Of a stretch of DNA of 64,000 bases, positions 40,376-53,785 are shown one piece after another (the stretch's first letter is position 1; every line of letters begins with the position of its first letter). The position numbers were made by a program, and so were the translations under genes. The stretch covers positions 1,178,001 to 1,242,000 of the forward strand of contig MU058718.1 of assembly GCA_013265495.1 (NCBI GenBank). Direction: 5' to 3'. The notes under the pieces are model-generated. The model saw nothing but the letters and a program-made list of their open reading frames with translations. It did not search any database and was not told the DNA's origin. Source of the DNA: Vicugna vicugna. Its lineage: Eukaryota.

Positions 40376-42639
40376 GGGCTCCCTGTCCAGCTACTCTTTC
40401 CAGATGCTTTCCAGGAAAAACCCAACAAATGAATGTGCTTCATTCTGCAGTAGCAGCAAAGCAACAATAGTTGCTCTTGAATTATGACAGACTTCTCCTC
40501 CTAATCTATATGCTTGAAGGATACAGTTTCATTTGATCCAATCATATTATACTCTATAAAAACATTCAGATTCATAAGTTAGCTTGGGATAGGGAAAAGT
40601 CTGGACTGATCGCCCTCACCAGCTCTGATCTCTAGGCTGTGATTGATTTAGCTCTCTAGCCAACAAGGAATTTGTTCTTTGGCATGAGAGAGAGGAAACT
40701 AAAAAGAAGAGGAATGAGTAAAGGAAGTTGATAATAGATGGTTTGCACCCATCTAAAATGTGGGCTTGGAAAAAAGCTGTCCCAAGAGAACTGAACTAAG
40801 CACTCTCCCTACACATCTGAAGATTCATATCAGGGTCTAAACCACGTATGGTGGGGGGGCTTAATTAGAAACTCCTGGACCAGGAGTTTCACAGACTCAT
40901 GCATGGGCCAATGGCCACTTTATTATCTGGGCTTCAGCAAAATGAGATAATAGCTAGCATCCAAAAACATTTGGGTTTAAAAAAGGAAAAAAATAATTAT
41001 CTGGTGCTTTAAAAAAATCCCTGCTTTTAAGCACAGCATATCACTGTTGTTTTCGAGTTTAAATATTAAGGAACACATTTTGTTAATCATTAAAACAATA
41101 GTGATTGATTTAGGGGGCTTGGTGAACATTTAATCTGTCCTTACTCCAGGCAGTGTACTGAAGGAGCACACTGCTTAGTGCCCCAGGATGGACATTAGGT
41201 AACTATTTAATGGAGTTTCAATTCTGTGTTGTTATTATTAATAATTAATGTAATTTTGATTATGTTGGAGGCTGGAGGTATACTGTCAGTCATCCATTCC
41301 AGGTGGTGGCACTGCCCTACCCTGTTTAATCAGAAGTTATTAGAGGAGCTGAGCTCAGCAGTGATTTAAGTGAAAGAAGGTTGATGTTCAATAAAATTTC
41401 AATTAAAAATTTAAATCATTTTCAAATTAAAAAGTGTCATGGAAATTATCTGGCGTAATTCTTTCATTCTGCCGATGAGAAAACTGAGGCCCATGAGAAT
41501 GAAAGGACTTGCCCAAAGCCACTCAGCTTGGCTCTCTTGTTTGATGCATTACTGGTCTAAAAACCTTACAGGCCTAACAGAAGGGATGGCAGGAGGCCGG
41601 GGCCCTGCTCCCACAGTTGTTTCTCTGATCTCGTGCACTTCCCACCCTTTGTAATCTGTGTTCCACACAGGAAGTAGTTCCTGTTTTCTAAATACTGGAG
41701 GTGTGTGAAGGTGATGTTTTTATAGAAGGGATACCCTGGACCAATATCCTTTTAAGTAAAGACCTAAATGCTCTGCGTGAGACAGTGAAGTGCAATGTCT
41801 ATCCCAGGGTAAGAAATCCAGGACAGGAAATGCTCCATCCTTTAGCATTCCCCGGGCTACCCTACCTGGTGCTCAGGGTGGTGACCCTCAGCCCCACCCT
41901 GCCCTGCGGCAGTAAGTAGCTCAGGACTCCAGAGCAGAGGCTGTGATTTACTTCAAGGCTCCAGGAAGGTCCCTTTAACCTGGCTGTCCTTCCCCTTCCA
42001 CGTTTGTAAAACAGAGATGATGCTATCTTTCTCATGCTCCATCAGAGGCACTGTGTGAAATTAGCTCCTGTGTGGGAAGGTTTTAAAGCCACATATTCCA
42101 CCTCCCTGCTAATATGATTAATAGCACTTTCTTGTAGGAATGGGCCAACTCCTCATCCCCCTTCCTCCTTTAAAAACAGACCAAAGGGTATCTTTTCTTG
42201 TCTCCTTGTGGCCAGAAAGGTTGTTGCTTCTGTGGTTGTTACCTCCTTAGAAGGTCAGTGTGCTGAGGTTCAGGATTCCTAGGTGCCCACAAACAACAAC
42301 GAAAATCAAAAACAATAACAAAAATAACTGCTGTGGCAGTCCGTAAGAGTACTTCTGAGTTATAAGCAGACTTTTCGGACTGCAAAAGCGTGGCCCCAGC
42401 CTGTCTCTAAGCCACCTCTATCCTCAAAAGGGTTAGGTCTGAAGAGGGGGGGTGGGGGTGGGGAAGGAGACCGTTTATTGGGGCTGACTTTCTGAGGGTC
42501 ATCACCAAGGCTTTCCACAAGAAGCATTTTTAAAAATGTTTTGGAAGGAAAGTCATCTTTTAATAGCCAAAAAGTTACGTCTTTTAGGCACACAGCTCTG
42601 CGCACAGCCTGTTTCTCAACGTTTGAAAATCCTTTAACA

Positions 42640-43080
42640 GTTTATGGAAGGCCTCCCTTTAAACCAATCCAACAGCTCCTTTCTCCATAACCTGATTTTA
42701 GAGGTGTTTCATTATCTCTAATTACTCGGGGTAAATGGTGATTACTCAGTGTTTTAATCATCAGTTTGGGCAGCAGTTACTCTAAACGCAGGGAAGCCCA
42801 GACTCCCATGGGTATTTTTGGAAGGTACGGCGACTAGTCGGTGCATGCTTTCTAGTACCTCTGCACGTGGTCCCCAGGTGAGCCCCGGCCGCTTCTCTGA
42901 GCTGGAGGCAGCGGCGTCCCAGCCAGGGCGGCAGCTGCGGACTCTGGCGCTGCCCGGGTTTCCGGGACCAGGGCCTGCGAGGCGAGGCCCGGCGGCTGGA
43001 TGGGAGGATGTGGGCGGGGCTCCCATCCCAGAAAGGGAGGCGAGCGAGGGAGGAGGGAAGAAGGGAGGGGCTGCCGGGGA
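42640..43080 (+). promoter_or_regulatory. BMP4 1A promoter region
   Basis: CCAAT (~42664), E-box CACGTG (~42864) and GC box GGGCGGGG (~43012), with CpG density rising immediately upstream of exon 1A. Confidence 0.7.
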
Positions 43081-43402
43081 AGAGGAGGAGGAAGGAAAGA
43101 AAGAAAGAGAGAGGGAAGAGGAGGAAGAAGATGCAAGAAGGCAGAGGAGGAGGGAGGGAGGGAAGAGGAGCGGAGCTCCGCCCGGAAGCTAGGTGAGTTT
43201 GGCATCTGAGCCGAGGGACGTGAGCCTGCGACGCCGCTGCTGATCCGGGCTGAGTGTCTCGCCTCTCTCCCTGATGGGATTCCCGTCCGCGCCGTCTCGA
43301 GCCTGCTGCGCCCCAGTCCTCGGCCCTCGCCCAGGTTCACTGCAGCCGTTCAGAGGTCCCAAGGAGCTGCTGCTGGCGAGCCCGCTTCTTCAGGGACCTA
43401 TG
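43080..43402 (+). other. BMP4: BMP4 non-coding exon 1A with two alternative splice donors (after 43192 and after 43402)
   Basis: Purine-rich leader followed by GAAGCTAG|gtgagt (43192/43193) and GACCTATG|gtgagc (43402/43403). The sequence closely matches the human BMP4 5'UTR as I recall it. The start coordinate is approximate. Confidence 0.8.
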
Positions 43403-45399
43403 GTGAGCGAGGCTACCTGGCGAGGGGCGGAGGGGAGCTAGGGCGCATCTCTGAGGAGAGAGACAAGGGGCTCTGGCTGTGGCCGAGGCAAAAGGTGGCC
43501 TTCCCCTCTCTGTCCCCCCCCCCCCAATCGTAGTGCTAGAGGTAGGGATGCTGGCACTGAAAGACACTTCCACGTACGCTACTGCCTCTACCCAGACCAC
43601 TTTCTCGGTCCCGTGACCCCGGGGAGATTTCCACCTTTGGTAGGTTCGGGGCAGGAGAGGAGAAAAGAGAAATCTTTATTTGAAGGTCATTAGGAAAGAC
43701 TGTGGGGTCTTGAGTGGAATACGTTGCCCGTGGACTAGTATTTGTGATCCCCAGATGGACAGGGCCAGGGGAGAAAAGGGAGTCAGGCTGTGAGGTCCGG
43801 AGAGAGTGAGGGGGCTGAGGCACGGCCAGGTGGAGAGAGAACACCTAACCAGGGCCAGTTCTTCGGTGGAGAGCGCAGTTCTTCTGCTTCTGGAGCGTGC
43901 GCACCACCGGAGAGGCTGCGTCTAGAGTGTCACCGGACCCGGCCACCAGCAGGCGAAAGCCCCCGAGAGCTGGTGGACCACCGCTGCCCAACACAACTCC
44001 ACGAGCTATTTTCATTGACTTGAAGCATCCAAGGAGCGTCTCCCTCTATTATTTCATGGTGTCGGTCTGTAGGGATGATGGCCGGGATGCTAGCTGATCC
44101 GGGACACGACTTCCTGCGGTGTTTGCGTTCTTCAGGGAGTCCCTGGCGAGACGCACAGCGGACGCGCGGCTCTTACTGGTCCTCCTGTCCCGGAGCCGAC
44201 GGGACAGTGTCTCGGGATTCCCGGGTCCCGCGCGGCCTCAGACGCTTCCAAGGCACCGCTTAAGTGGATAGTTTGTGAGGATCGCGGTTTGTAAGCTGAA
44301 GGCTTTGTAAGATGTTAAAATCCCCAAAGACATAGACTTGGTAAACTGAGGCCACCTTTGAATAAACTGGCGTTGGGGATAAGCTCCGGCAGGGAAATAA
44401 AGGATAGTCGCCACGAGTTGCATCCCCTCCCCCCCAAGAAAAAGTTCTAGAGATGAAAGTGCTTTTAGGCTTTTTTAAATTTTAAAAAAAATCAAAGGAG
44501 AAAAATGTGATTAGAGACGAATCCTACTGAATCTGAAATTGAAACACAACCTGCTCTTCTCCCAGCCTCTGGGTTTTAGGCGCAGCGCGCGCTCCCGCTG
44601 CCGCCCTGGGAGATTCCTAGGTCAGAGGATTGTCCCGGGACTGTGGGCGCCCGCCCCTTCCACTGCCCTTCGCCTGCGGGGACTGGCCCTTCTCTGTCTG
44701 CTTTTCCTATTTCTGGAGCTCCTCCCATGGGGCATTTTTAGGGTTCCAGGCATCTCAACCAAACTCTTTGCTCTTCCCACTCTTTCGCAGTCAGCCACAG
44801 CGGTGGCGCGGGAGCGGGAAAACCTTAAACCGCTCAAAAAGCGGCGCGGCTATCGCCCGGCGCAGACGGTCGCGTAGGGGCGCCCGCGGCCTCCGCACCC
44901 CGGCCAGTGCGGTGTCGGGCGGCGCCGGGCAGCCGCGCCCGGGAGGAAGGGCTAAGCGCTTGATCCTTTACTCTTCTTCGCCCAAGCCTTCCTGAGAGTG
45001 CCCCCAGTAAGAAAATCAGATTTGTAGGGGAGAGTGAGGTCGGCAACATGAGCCATCGAGCTCTGAAGCGACCCAAGGCAGGAACTGGGAACGACCTCAG
45101 GAAAGGGCGGCCGAGTGTCGCGCGCTTTGCAGCGGGAGTCTTGGGACTCGGGACCCTGGACGGGCCCGGGCTGACGCAGAGTTGCATGGATCAGGGTTTC
45201 GAAAAGGCCCCCGTGCTGAGCGACCCACGCGTGTAGCATCTTCGGTTAGCTTAAGGACAGCCCAGTAATCCCTTGAGCTGTGGGTTGGTAAAATTCTTGA
45301 AGAAATATTTGCTGCGACTCTGCAGCTGGTGCAAAGGAGGAAGGGGGTGGGGGAGGAAGTGGCGGGGGAGGAGTAGTGGTTTAAAAAAGACTGGCTAGG

Positions 45400-45473
45400 G
45401 GAAGACAGAGAGACGCAGACGCAGAGGTCGAGCGCAGGCCGAAAGCTGTTCACGGTTTTCTCCTGGGAGTGCG
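45400..45473 (+). other. BMP4: Probable BMP4 alternative non-coding first exon (1B)
   Basis: GAGAGACGCAGACGCAGAGGTCGAGCGCAGGCCGAAAGCTGTTCAC resembles the alternative human BMP4 leader (from memory). Candidate donor GCG|gtggga at 45473/45474. A TTTAAAAAA element lies at ~45380 and a GC box at ~45361. The start is approximate. Confidence 0.6.
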
Positions 45474-46416
45474 GTGGGATTTTCTTTCTGTGCCGGGTCG
45501 GGAGTTGTAAAACCTCCGCGACATTGAGACCTGGAACATGTGATGACCCCTTTCCGAGGAGACGCCTCTTTGAGAATCTGCCCCTTGAATGGCCCGCCGA
45601 CCACTTTCTTTGGGGATTTGCTTTGCTCGGGGTGGGGGGACGCCGCGGTGCGGAGATTCTCTCCATAAAGGAAGCGAGAAAAGAGCCTACCGGCCGCTCC
45701 CGCATCACTTTCTCACACCGATCACCGCGCCTAACCATCTCCCCTCCCGCCCCGCCTGACAGGGTCAGCAGCTTTTGGCTGGGAGCTAAAGCGGCTGCCC
45801 GGTTCCTCTGAACACTTGCAGGCGTCCGCCGGCGGGGAATCTAGCTGTCGCTGGGGCAGTATTTCGCCTCGGGGAGACCCTGGATAGGAAGTGGAGGGGG
45901 GTGCGCGCGCGTGTGTGTGTCCCTCAGCACTTTCCTTTTTAAATGTCCCTTGATGGTAAGGCTTTCAGCCGCTGAACCTCCACCACCCCCGATCCCGGCC
46001 CCACTTGAGCCGGGTTCGCGCTGAAAGGCGCAGCCCCTACAATGCTCCCGAGATCCTCCGGCTTCAGGCCGCTGGCGCGAGGGCCCAACCCCCGAAGCCC
46101 CGAAGGCCGCAGGTAGAGGTGAGGACCGAGTCCTCCACGCGCTGGACCCGGAGATCGGCCGAGGGGTCGCCCGAGCGCCGCCCGGAGTTCCTCCCGGACC
46201 GCAGGAGGCTCCGGCGGCAGACGCGGAGGCTGGCCTCTCCGGGAGGGGGCGGGGCCGCGGGCGGGCGGGCAGCGGGGCGGAGGAGAGCGCGCGGGCCCTT
46301 TCGCCGCCCGCCGAAGCTCGGGGCGGGGCCTCTGCGTTCACGTGACTCAGAGGGGCTGGAAGAAAAACAGAGTCCGTCTGCGCCAGAGTCTCATTATATT
46401 CAAATATTCATTTTAG

Positions 46417-46626
<210 letters not shown>

Positions 46627-47624
46627 TAGACACCTCTTCCTTCCCTCCTCCCGGGAGTTCAATCTGCCCTCCCCACCTGTGCTCGCTTCGTGTCCCTCCC
46701 GTCGGACCTTCCTTCCAGAGTCCACACTCTGCTTTCTGGCAGCGCTGTCGCTTTCTTCTTGGCCTGGTGGCCGCTGTGCGCCTAACATACCAGTTCTATT
46801 TAAAGTGCTGCTTGCTCCCACTCTCAGTCTCTCTCAAATCCGTGCCTTGCTAGAAAGGGGAGAGAGGGGGCTAAAGAGGTGAAAGGTCCGCAGCTCCGGG
46901 GGCTAAACACCCTCTTCCCCACTTGACAGGGGAGCGCCCAGTGCCCCCAGGGCGCGTTTCCAGCTGCTTGTCAAAACTCACAGAGATCACACTCTCGGAA
47001 TCATCCCCCACAGCCTTCCCTGGGACTGAGCTAGCGGGAGCGATCAGATGCTTTTTGCTGGGCATTTCAAACTCACCAGCCACAGTAAAATGAACCCCCA
47101 CGCCATTCGGTCAGCTCCCAGATCCTGCCGCCCAGTGTCTTCGCCCTGCCCCTGTTTCTCTACTTTCCCTCCCTCCTGCTCCGAACCAGCTGGAAGTTGT
47201 GGAAGTTGGGCTCAGAGGGCGGAGAAGAAGGGCGGGTGGAGAAAGAGGGGGAGAGAGGCAGAAGGTCTGAAGTGGAGAGGAGAGCGATGGCATTTTAATT
47301 CTCCCTCCCCCACCCTTTTCTACCTCCTCAATGTTAACTGTTTATCCTTGAAGAAGCCAAGCTGAGATCATGGCTCAGATAGCAGTTGGGACAAAAAAAG
47401 ATTAACAGGATGGAGGCTATCTGATTTGGGGTTATTTGACTGTAAACAAGTTAGACCAAGTAATTACAGGGCAATTCCTACTTTCAGGCCGTGCATGGCT
47501 GCAGCTGTGGTGGGGGGTGTGTGAGGGAGAAGACACAAACTTGATCTCTCTGACCTGTTGTACATCTTGACCCTCTATCTCCAGCCCTATATGCGTGTGC
47601 AGAGACATCTCTATTTCTCTCTAG

Positions 47625-48053
<429 letters not shown>

Positions 48054-48964
48054 TAGTCTCTGTCCCCAGCCTGGGCTGGGGAGGGCCAGGAGGGCTGCCT
48101 GGTGGGGCAGTGGAAGCCCTGGGGGAGAAGAGTTCAGGTTACATCAAAGCCCCAAATCTAGGAGGCTGGGGAACTGAGCTGCTTACCTCCAAAGCATTTC
48201 CAGAGCTGTGGCTAAATTTGTTTTTTTGGAGACAGGGGAGGGGCTGGGGAGAAGGGGAATGATACCACTCAGTCGTGGTCTTGCCTCGTGGTGTGTTTTT
48301 GCTATATCAAAGCCTTTTATGCCAGGTTTCTCTGCCTTTTTTTTTCCAAAGCACCTACTGAATTTAATATTACAGCTGTGTGTTTGTCAGGTTTATTCAA
48401 TAGGGGCCTTGTAATCCGATCTGAATGTTTCCTAGCGGATGTTTCTTTTCCAAAGTAAATCTGAGTTATTAATCCACCAGCATCATTACTGTGTTGGAAT
48501 TTATTTTCCCCTCTGTAACATGATCAACAAGGCATGCTCTGTGTTTCCCAGATCGCTGGGGAAATGTTTAGTAACATACTCGAAAGTGGAAGAAGAGGGA
48601 GAGGGTGGTTGTGTGCATGTTTCCTCCTGCCTCTGCTCTGTTGGCCCCTCTTTCTTTACAACCACTTGTAAAGAAAACTGTGTACACAAAGCCAAGAGGG
48701 CTTTAAAAGGGGAGTCTGATGGTGGTGGAGTAAGGAGTTGACACATGGAAATTATTAGACATATAAAGAAGGCTGGGAGATCTTTCTGTCTTTGGTGCTT
48801 GCTGAATGCTAGCTAAGTTTCACCAGTTTGCCAGCTGCCCCACTTATCTGCTCCTTCATATCAAAAGGTATGCTTATTTCCCCCAAATAGGCTTCACTAT
48901 CTAAGCAGAATTCACCACTCATCCCCCCAACTCTTCGCTATTTCTTGACTTTTCAAACTCTTGA

Positions 48965-49861
<897 letters not shown>

Positions 49862-50115
49862 GGTCAGGCCTTCCTTGGGGACACACACACACACACATCC
49901 ATCCACTACTCACCTACACACTACACAGACTGCTTTCTTATAGCTGGACTTTTATCTTAAAAAAGAAAAAGGAAAAAAAAAACCTAAACATTCACCTTGA
50001 CCTTATTTATGACTTTATGTGCAAATGTTTTGACCATATTGATCATATATTTTGACAAAATATATTTATAACTACGTATTAAAAGAAAAAATAAAATGAG
50101 TCATTATTTTAAAGG
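49862..50115 (+). other. BMP4: BMP4 3'UTR
   Basis: Follows the stop codon; contains a (CA)n run at ~49881-49897 and AU-rich sequence, and ends shortly after the poly(A) signals. The end is approximate. Confidence 0.75.
50078..50095 (+). terminator. Polyadenylation signals ATTAAA (50078-50083) and AATAAA (50090-50095)
   Basis: Canonical hexamers ~220 nt after the stop codon, followed by a T/CT-rich downstream element at ~50122-50160. Confidence 0.8.
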
Positions 50116-52329
50116 TAAACTATGTTCTTTTTCTCCTTAATCCTTCCTCTCTTCTTTCTGCCCCATCTCTTTTGAATGAGATTTTGTTCTATTAAGGTGG
50201 GGCTGGGGGCAGGATGGAAGTCAGAGAGTGGTAACTGGAGGTGGTTAAGTTGGAGGGACAGGAAGTAAACTGATGGTGGAGGATGGTAATTGCCAGGATG
50301 AATTGTTTTCCATTTCTATTTAATGTTAACAAGGACAAGGACGCAGCATCCTCTCCCATCTGGATGACACATGCCTTGGAGAAACAGTGGGATGAAAGGA
50401 GTAGGCCAGATTAAAGACTTCGTTTGGGGCTCCTTGTACATCCTCTGTTTTTGTTCACCTGTTAGAGGTGTGTCCCAGCCAAGTGTGATGGAGAAGAGTC
50501 TCAACTCTAGGGAAATGGTTCTCACCTCTGCTTTGATGATACCCCAAGGTGTCTCCAGTTATATTTTAGGCACCAATGTTGTATTTTCAAACCAAAACTA
50601 ATTTGCACACTCACATATGAGCATGTGTGTATATGTATGTGCGTGCTTTTTTTTTAAAAAAAAAAAACAGGAGTTTTGGGGAGTTTGAGAATTGGCTTGT
50701 ATCCAATAAAACAAATAATGTGCCTTACCTTCAAAAAGTTTGGTGACGACTATTTTAATACTACAAGGTGGAATTCTCCAGTGTTTCTGGACTTTCCCCC
50801 TTGTCTCCTATTCCCCAGATGAAGGCTTTCATAGAGTTTAAAATTCCAACAGACTGAGTTGGTTGGAGGGGTGGCAGGTAATGGAGTCAGATACCGAAGG
50901 GTCAGAATTTCTAAGTAGGAATTGTGAAACTCTTCCACTGTCTAGAATCTCTCAGGTCAAATACCAGCTCCTTGCGTCTCTCTGCCACCCCTCCCCCCTG
51001 CCTTGGAACTGGGCAGAAAGTGATACACCTGATGGCTGTAATGTTCTGAGCCAGAGTTTCTTCAAGGAGGAAGCTCAGTTTTTGGCCAAAGTAAAAACGA
51101 AAAATGCTAATGTGCTTAAACAGTCTCCCTCAGTTCAGGGCTGCCAGCGAGGCAAAGAAAGGGCTTTCTGGAATCACATGGATAAAGGGGCTAAGAGGAC
51201 TAGAGGAGAGACCTTTGCTTTTTCTTACTTGCCACTAGCAACTAGGTTATGCCCTGGAATTTTAGCTTGCTTGGGCTCATTTCTTACATGTGCTTTTTAT
51301 CTGCATGGGCTTGGATGGGTTTAAGGCAAAAGCAATGTCTTTATATAGTCTGCAGGATGGGCGGTTCAGAGTGCATTCTCTGTCAGGACGAGGTAGGCAT
51401 GGGTGGCAGTGTGGTGGCCATGTTGGCAGTGAGTGTGCACCCCCTGCACCCATGTACACACACTCTTTCATGTGTTCTTGGGGGTGGGGTGGGGTGGGTG
51501 AAGCAGGACTCATTTTTGTTTTTAATTACTGAAGTCCTGCAATCCTCCAAAAGGAGCAGCTTAGTGGAAACCAATAAAAATAGAAGTGGAGCGGTTGCCA
51601 AAGCCCCAGCTCCCCGGAGAGCGCAGGTGGAGAGAGGAGATCAGAGCCCCAGGCAAAGGCAGCAAGACTCCACAGTGCCTCCAAAACTCCTTGCAAAGAG
51701 GGATGCTTCCCCCCTCCCCTAGCCCCCCAGGTCGCTGCCCCTTTGATTAATGGTAAGGAGGTCGAATAAATCATTTAGGGGAAGCCCATTATGGGTTTCC
51801 CTCAGGCAGTCTCATTTTGTTTTGCCCGATTTCCACCAACTTTCTGAAGCGTACGTGTCATTGAAAAAGAACCCACAGATCTCTAGCACTTGGACAAATT
51901 ATCCGAGGGCGAATCTTGAGCCCAGTGGCAGTCTGGCTCAGGTCACTTTCTAGCAACCACCCTCCCCCTCAACTTCCCCCTCCTTCTACTGGCTTATTTT
52001 CAGGAATGGATAATGTTGTTTATTTGTTCAGCCAAATATTTGGTCTGGGGAATTTACCGTGAAATTCTGTGAATTGCATATACCTAGTTAACAAAATAGT
52101 CCTAATGCCACAAATGTTAGCATGAAAAACAACAGCTATGGCCAGCTTTAACTCTTTAAATTCTGCTGGAAGGCATAGTCCCGAGGTCCGGGAAGATAAG
52201 GAATTGAATGTGTGTGATGACTTAACTTAGGTTTCACTATTTCACATTTTGGGCTAATGTTGGACTCAGTACTTTAGGGAAGCTATAGGGTGAATCTCGT
52301 CATTGCTTTTGGATTAAGTCTGCCATTCC

Positions 52330-53450
52330 TCGCTCCGACCTCCATCCCCTCCATATCTTTTTTGCTCAGAGTAATGTGCTCATTACCTAAAATAAGATGC
52401 GGAGGGAGAATCGCTCTCGAGGAGTTCAACAAAGGCGTAACCACATCAGAGGAGCTGCTCGGTAGATCCTTGCCCAACCCTTAAACTCAAACCGGCTTCC
52501 TAGGAGCTTAAGAAAAAAATAGCTGGGGGAGCGGGGGATGGGCCCGGAACGCATCACACATTCCCCGACTTTCGTTGCGTAATTCGCTCTGAACCTGCCA
52601 GGTGACCTGCTGACTTTGTTTTCTGTCTTGACCATGCTTCATTCCACCACCCCCTTGCCGCCGGGCAGCGCCACACTGAGAGGGCTCAGGGCAGCCGCGG
52701 AGCTGGCAGACCCCAGCGATCACCCGGCCTTGGACTGATGTCAAGGTCTGCGGACAGGCTCCGCCCCCCCACCCCCGCTCCCGGAGCTCCCTGGCCCTGG
52801 GGCCGCGGGGGCGCCAGTGGGGCGTCCTTCCCACTCGGGACCCGCTGGTGCACCTGGCGGCCTCCGCTCGCACCCGCCCCCTCCAGATCGCAGATTTCAG
52901 TCTCTCCCACCCCCATCAGTCCAGGTTATCCGCCCTCGGGAGTCGGGGTGCATAGACCGAGGGATCTGATCAGCGCAGGCAGGTCCGGACATTTCCTGTG
53001 AAATGGGGTCAAGCGGCCACTCGGAGCCGTGGAATCTGGGAAGAAAGCTCACCTGGGTGAAAGGGTGCGAGAGGGGTCGAGATCTTGAGGGGCTTTCCGT
53101 GGTGATGGAGAGCAGGAATTAAGGAACTCACAGTGGACGAGCATCTTGGAGGGACCGAGTGGGGCGTGGGAGGATGGGGAGCAGAGCGCAGAGCGGACAC
53201 GGCGCGCCAACTGTCCTCTCGACCTCTTCACAAGGCAGAGCCCCAGGCTCAGCTGAACTGCCCCTGCGCCTTCCCTAACTGCTGGCGAAGAAAGGGAATG
53301 GGAGCAGCTTTGGGTGTGCTTGAGTGGAGTCGGCTCATTTCTTTCAGAAACCAGATGCCAAGCCCGTAATACTAGACTCCGCCGCAGACCTCCTCTGGAC
53401 CAGAGACCCACAGTGCCGATCCCCTCACCCGCCACCCAAAGGCCCGAGCT
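52330..53450. promoter_or_regulatory. Downstream CpG island ~2.3 kb 3' of BMP4
   Basis: Dense CpG/GC block, strongest at 52520-53230. Confidence 0.8.
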
Positions 53451-53696
53451 CAGAATGGTGTGACCTAAGGGGAATCTAGGAGAATAAAGCTTCAGGCCCA
53501 AGTCTCCAAACTGTCCCTAATGGTACTTTTGTTTCAACACAGAGCAAGTTGTATTATATGTACACATACTCTTTTTAAAATGAAAAGAATAATTCACAAG
53601 TGTTGATGGTGACCTTACATTACCCGAGAATCAGAGTTATTAATATTCCCAGTAGAAATTTAGAATAATTGGTAGACTGTCTAATTAGAACTAATG

Positions 53697-53785
53697 GGGG
53701 AGGGGGGTGGAGATAGCTCAGTGTTAGAGTGTGCAAGCGGTCCTGGGTTCAATCCCCAGTGCCTCCTTTAAGTGAAAAAAAAAAA
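53697..53785 (+). mobile_element. Young tRNA-derived SINE (camelid Vic-1-like) with poly(A) tail and TSD
   Basis: A box (TAGCTCAGTGTT), B box (GGTTCAATCCC) and A-tail, flanked by TAGAACTAATG (53686-53696) and TAGAACTGATG (53786-53796). Family assignment is from memory. Confidence 0.8.

Noticed and set aside
50604..50646. Possible hairpin/miRNA in (CA)/(TG)-rich sequence
   Set aside because: The pairing is explained by low-complexity dinucleotide repeats.
52795..52865. CTCF-like motifs in the downstream island
   Set aside because: Only partial matches to the core consensus by eye; cannot be supported without a PWM scan or ChIP.
53697..53770. tRNA gene
   Set aside because: The cloverleaf is incomplete, and the poly(A) tail and TSD indicate a SINE.
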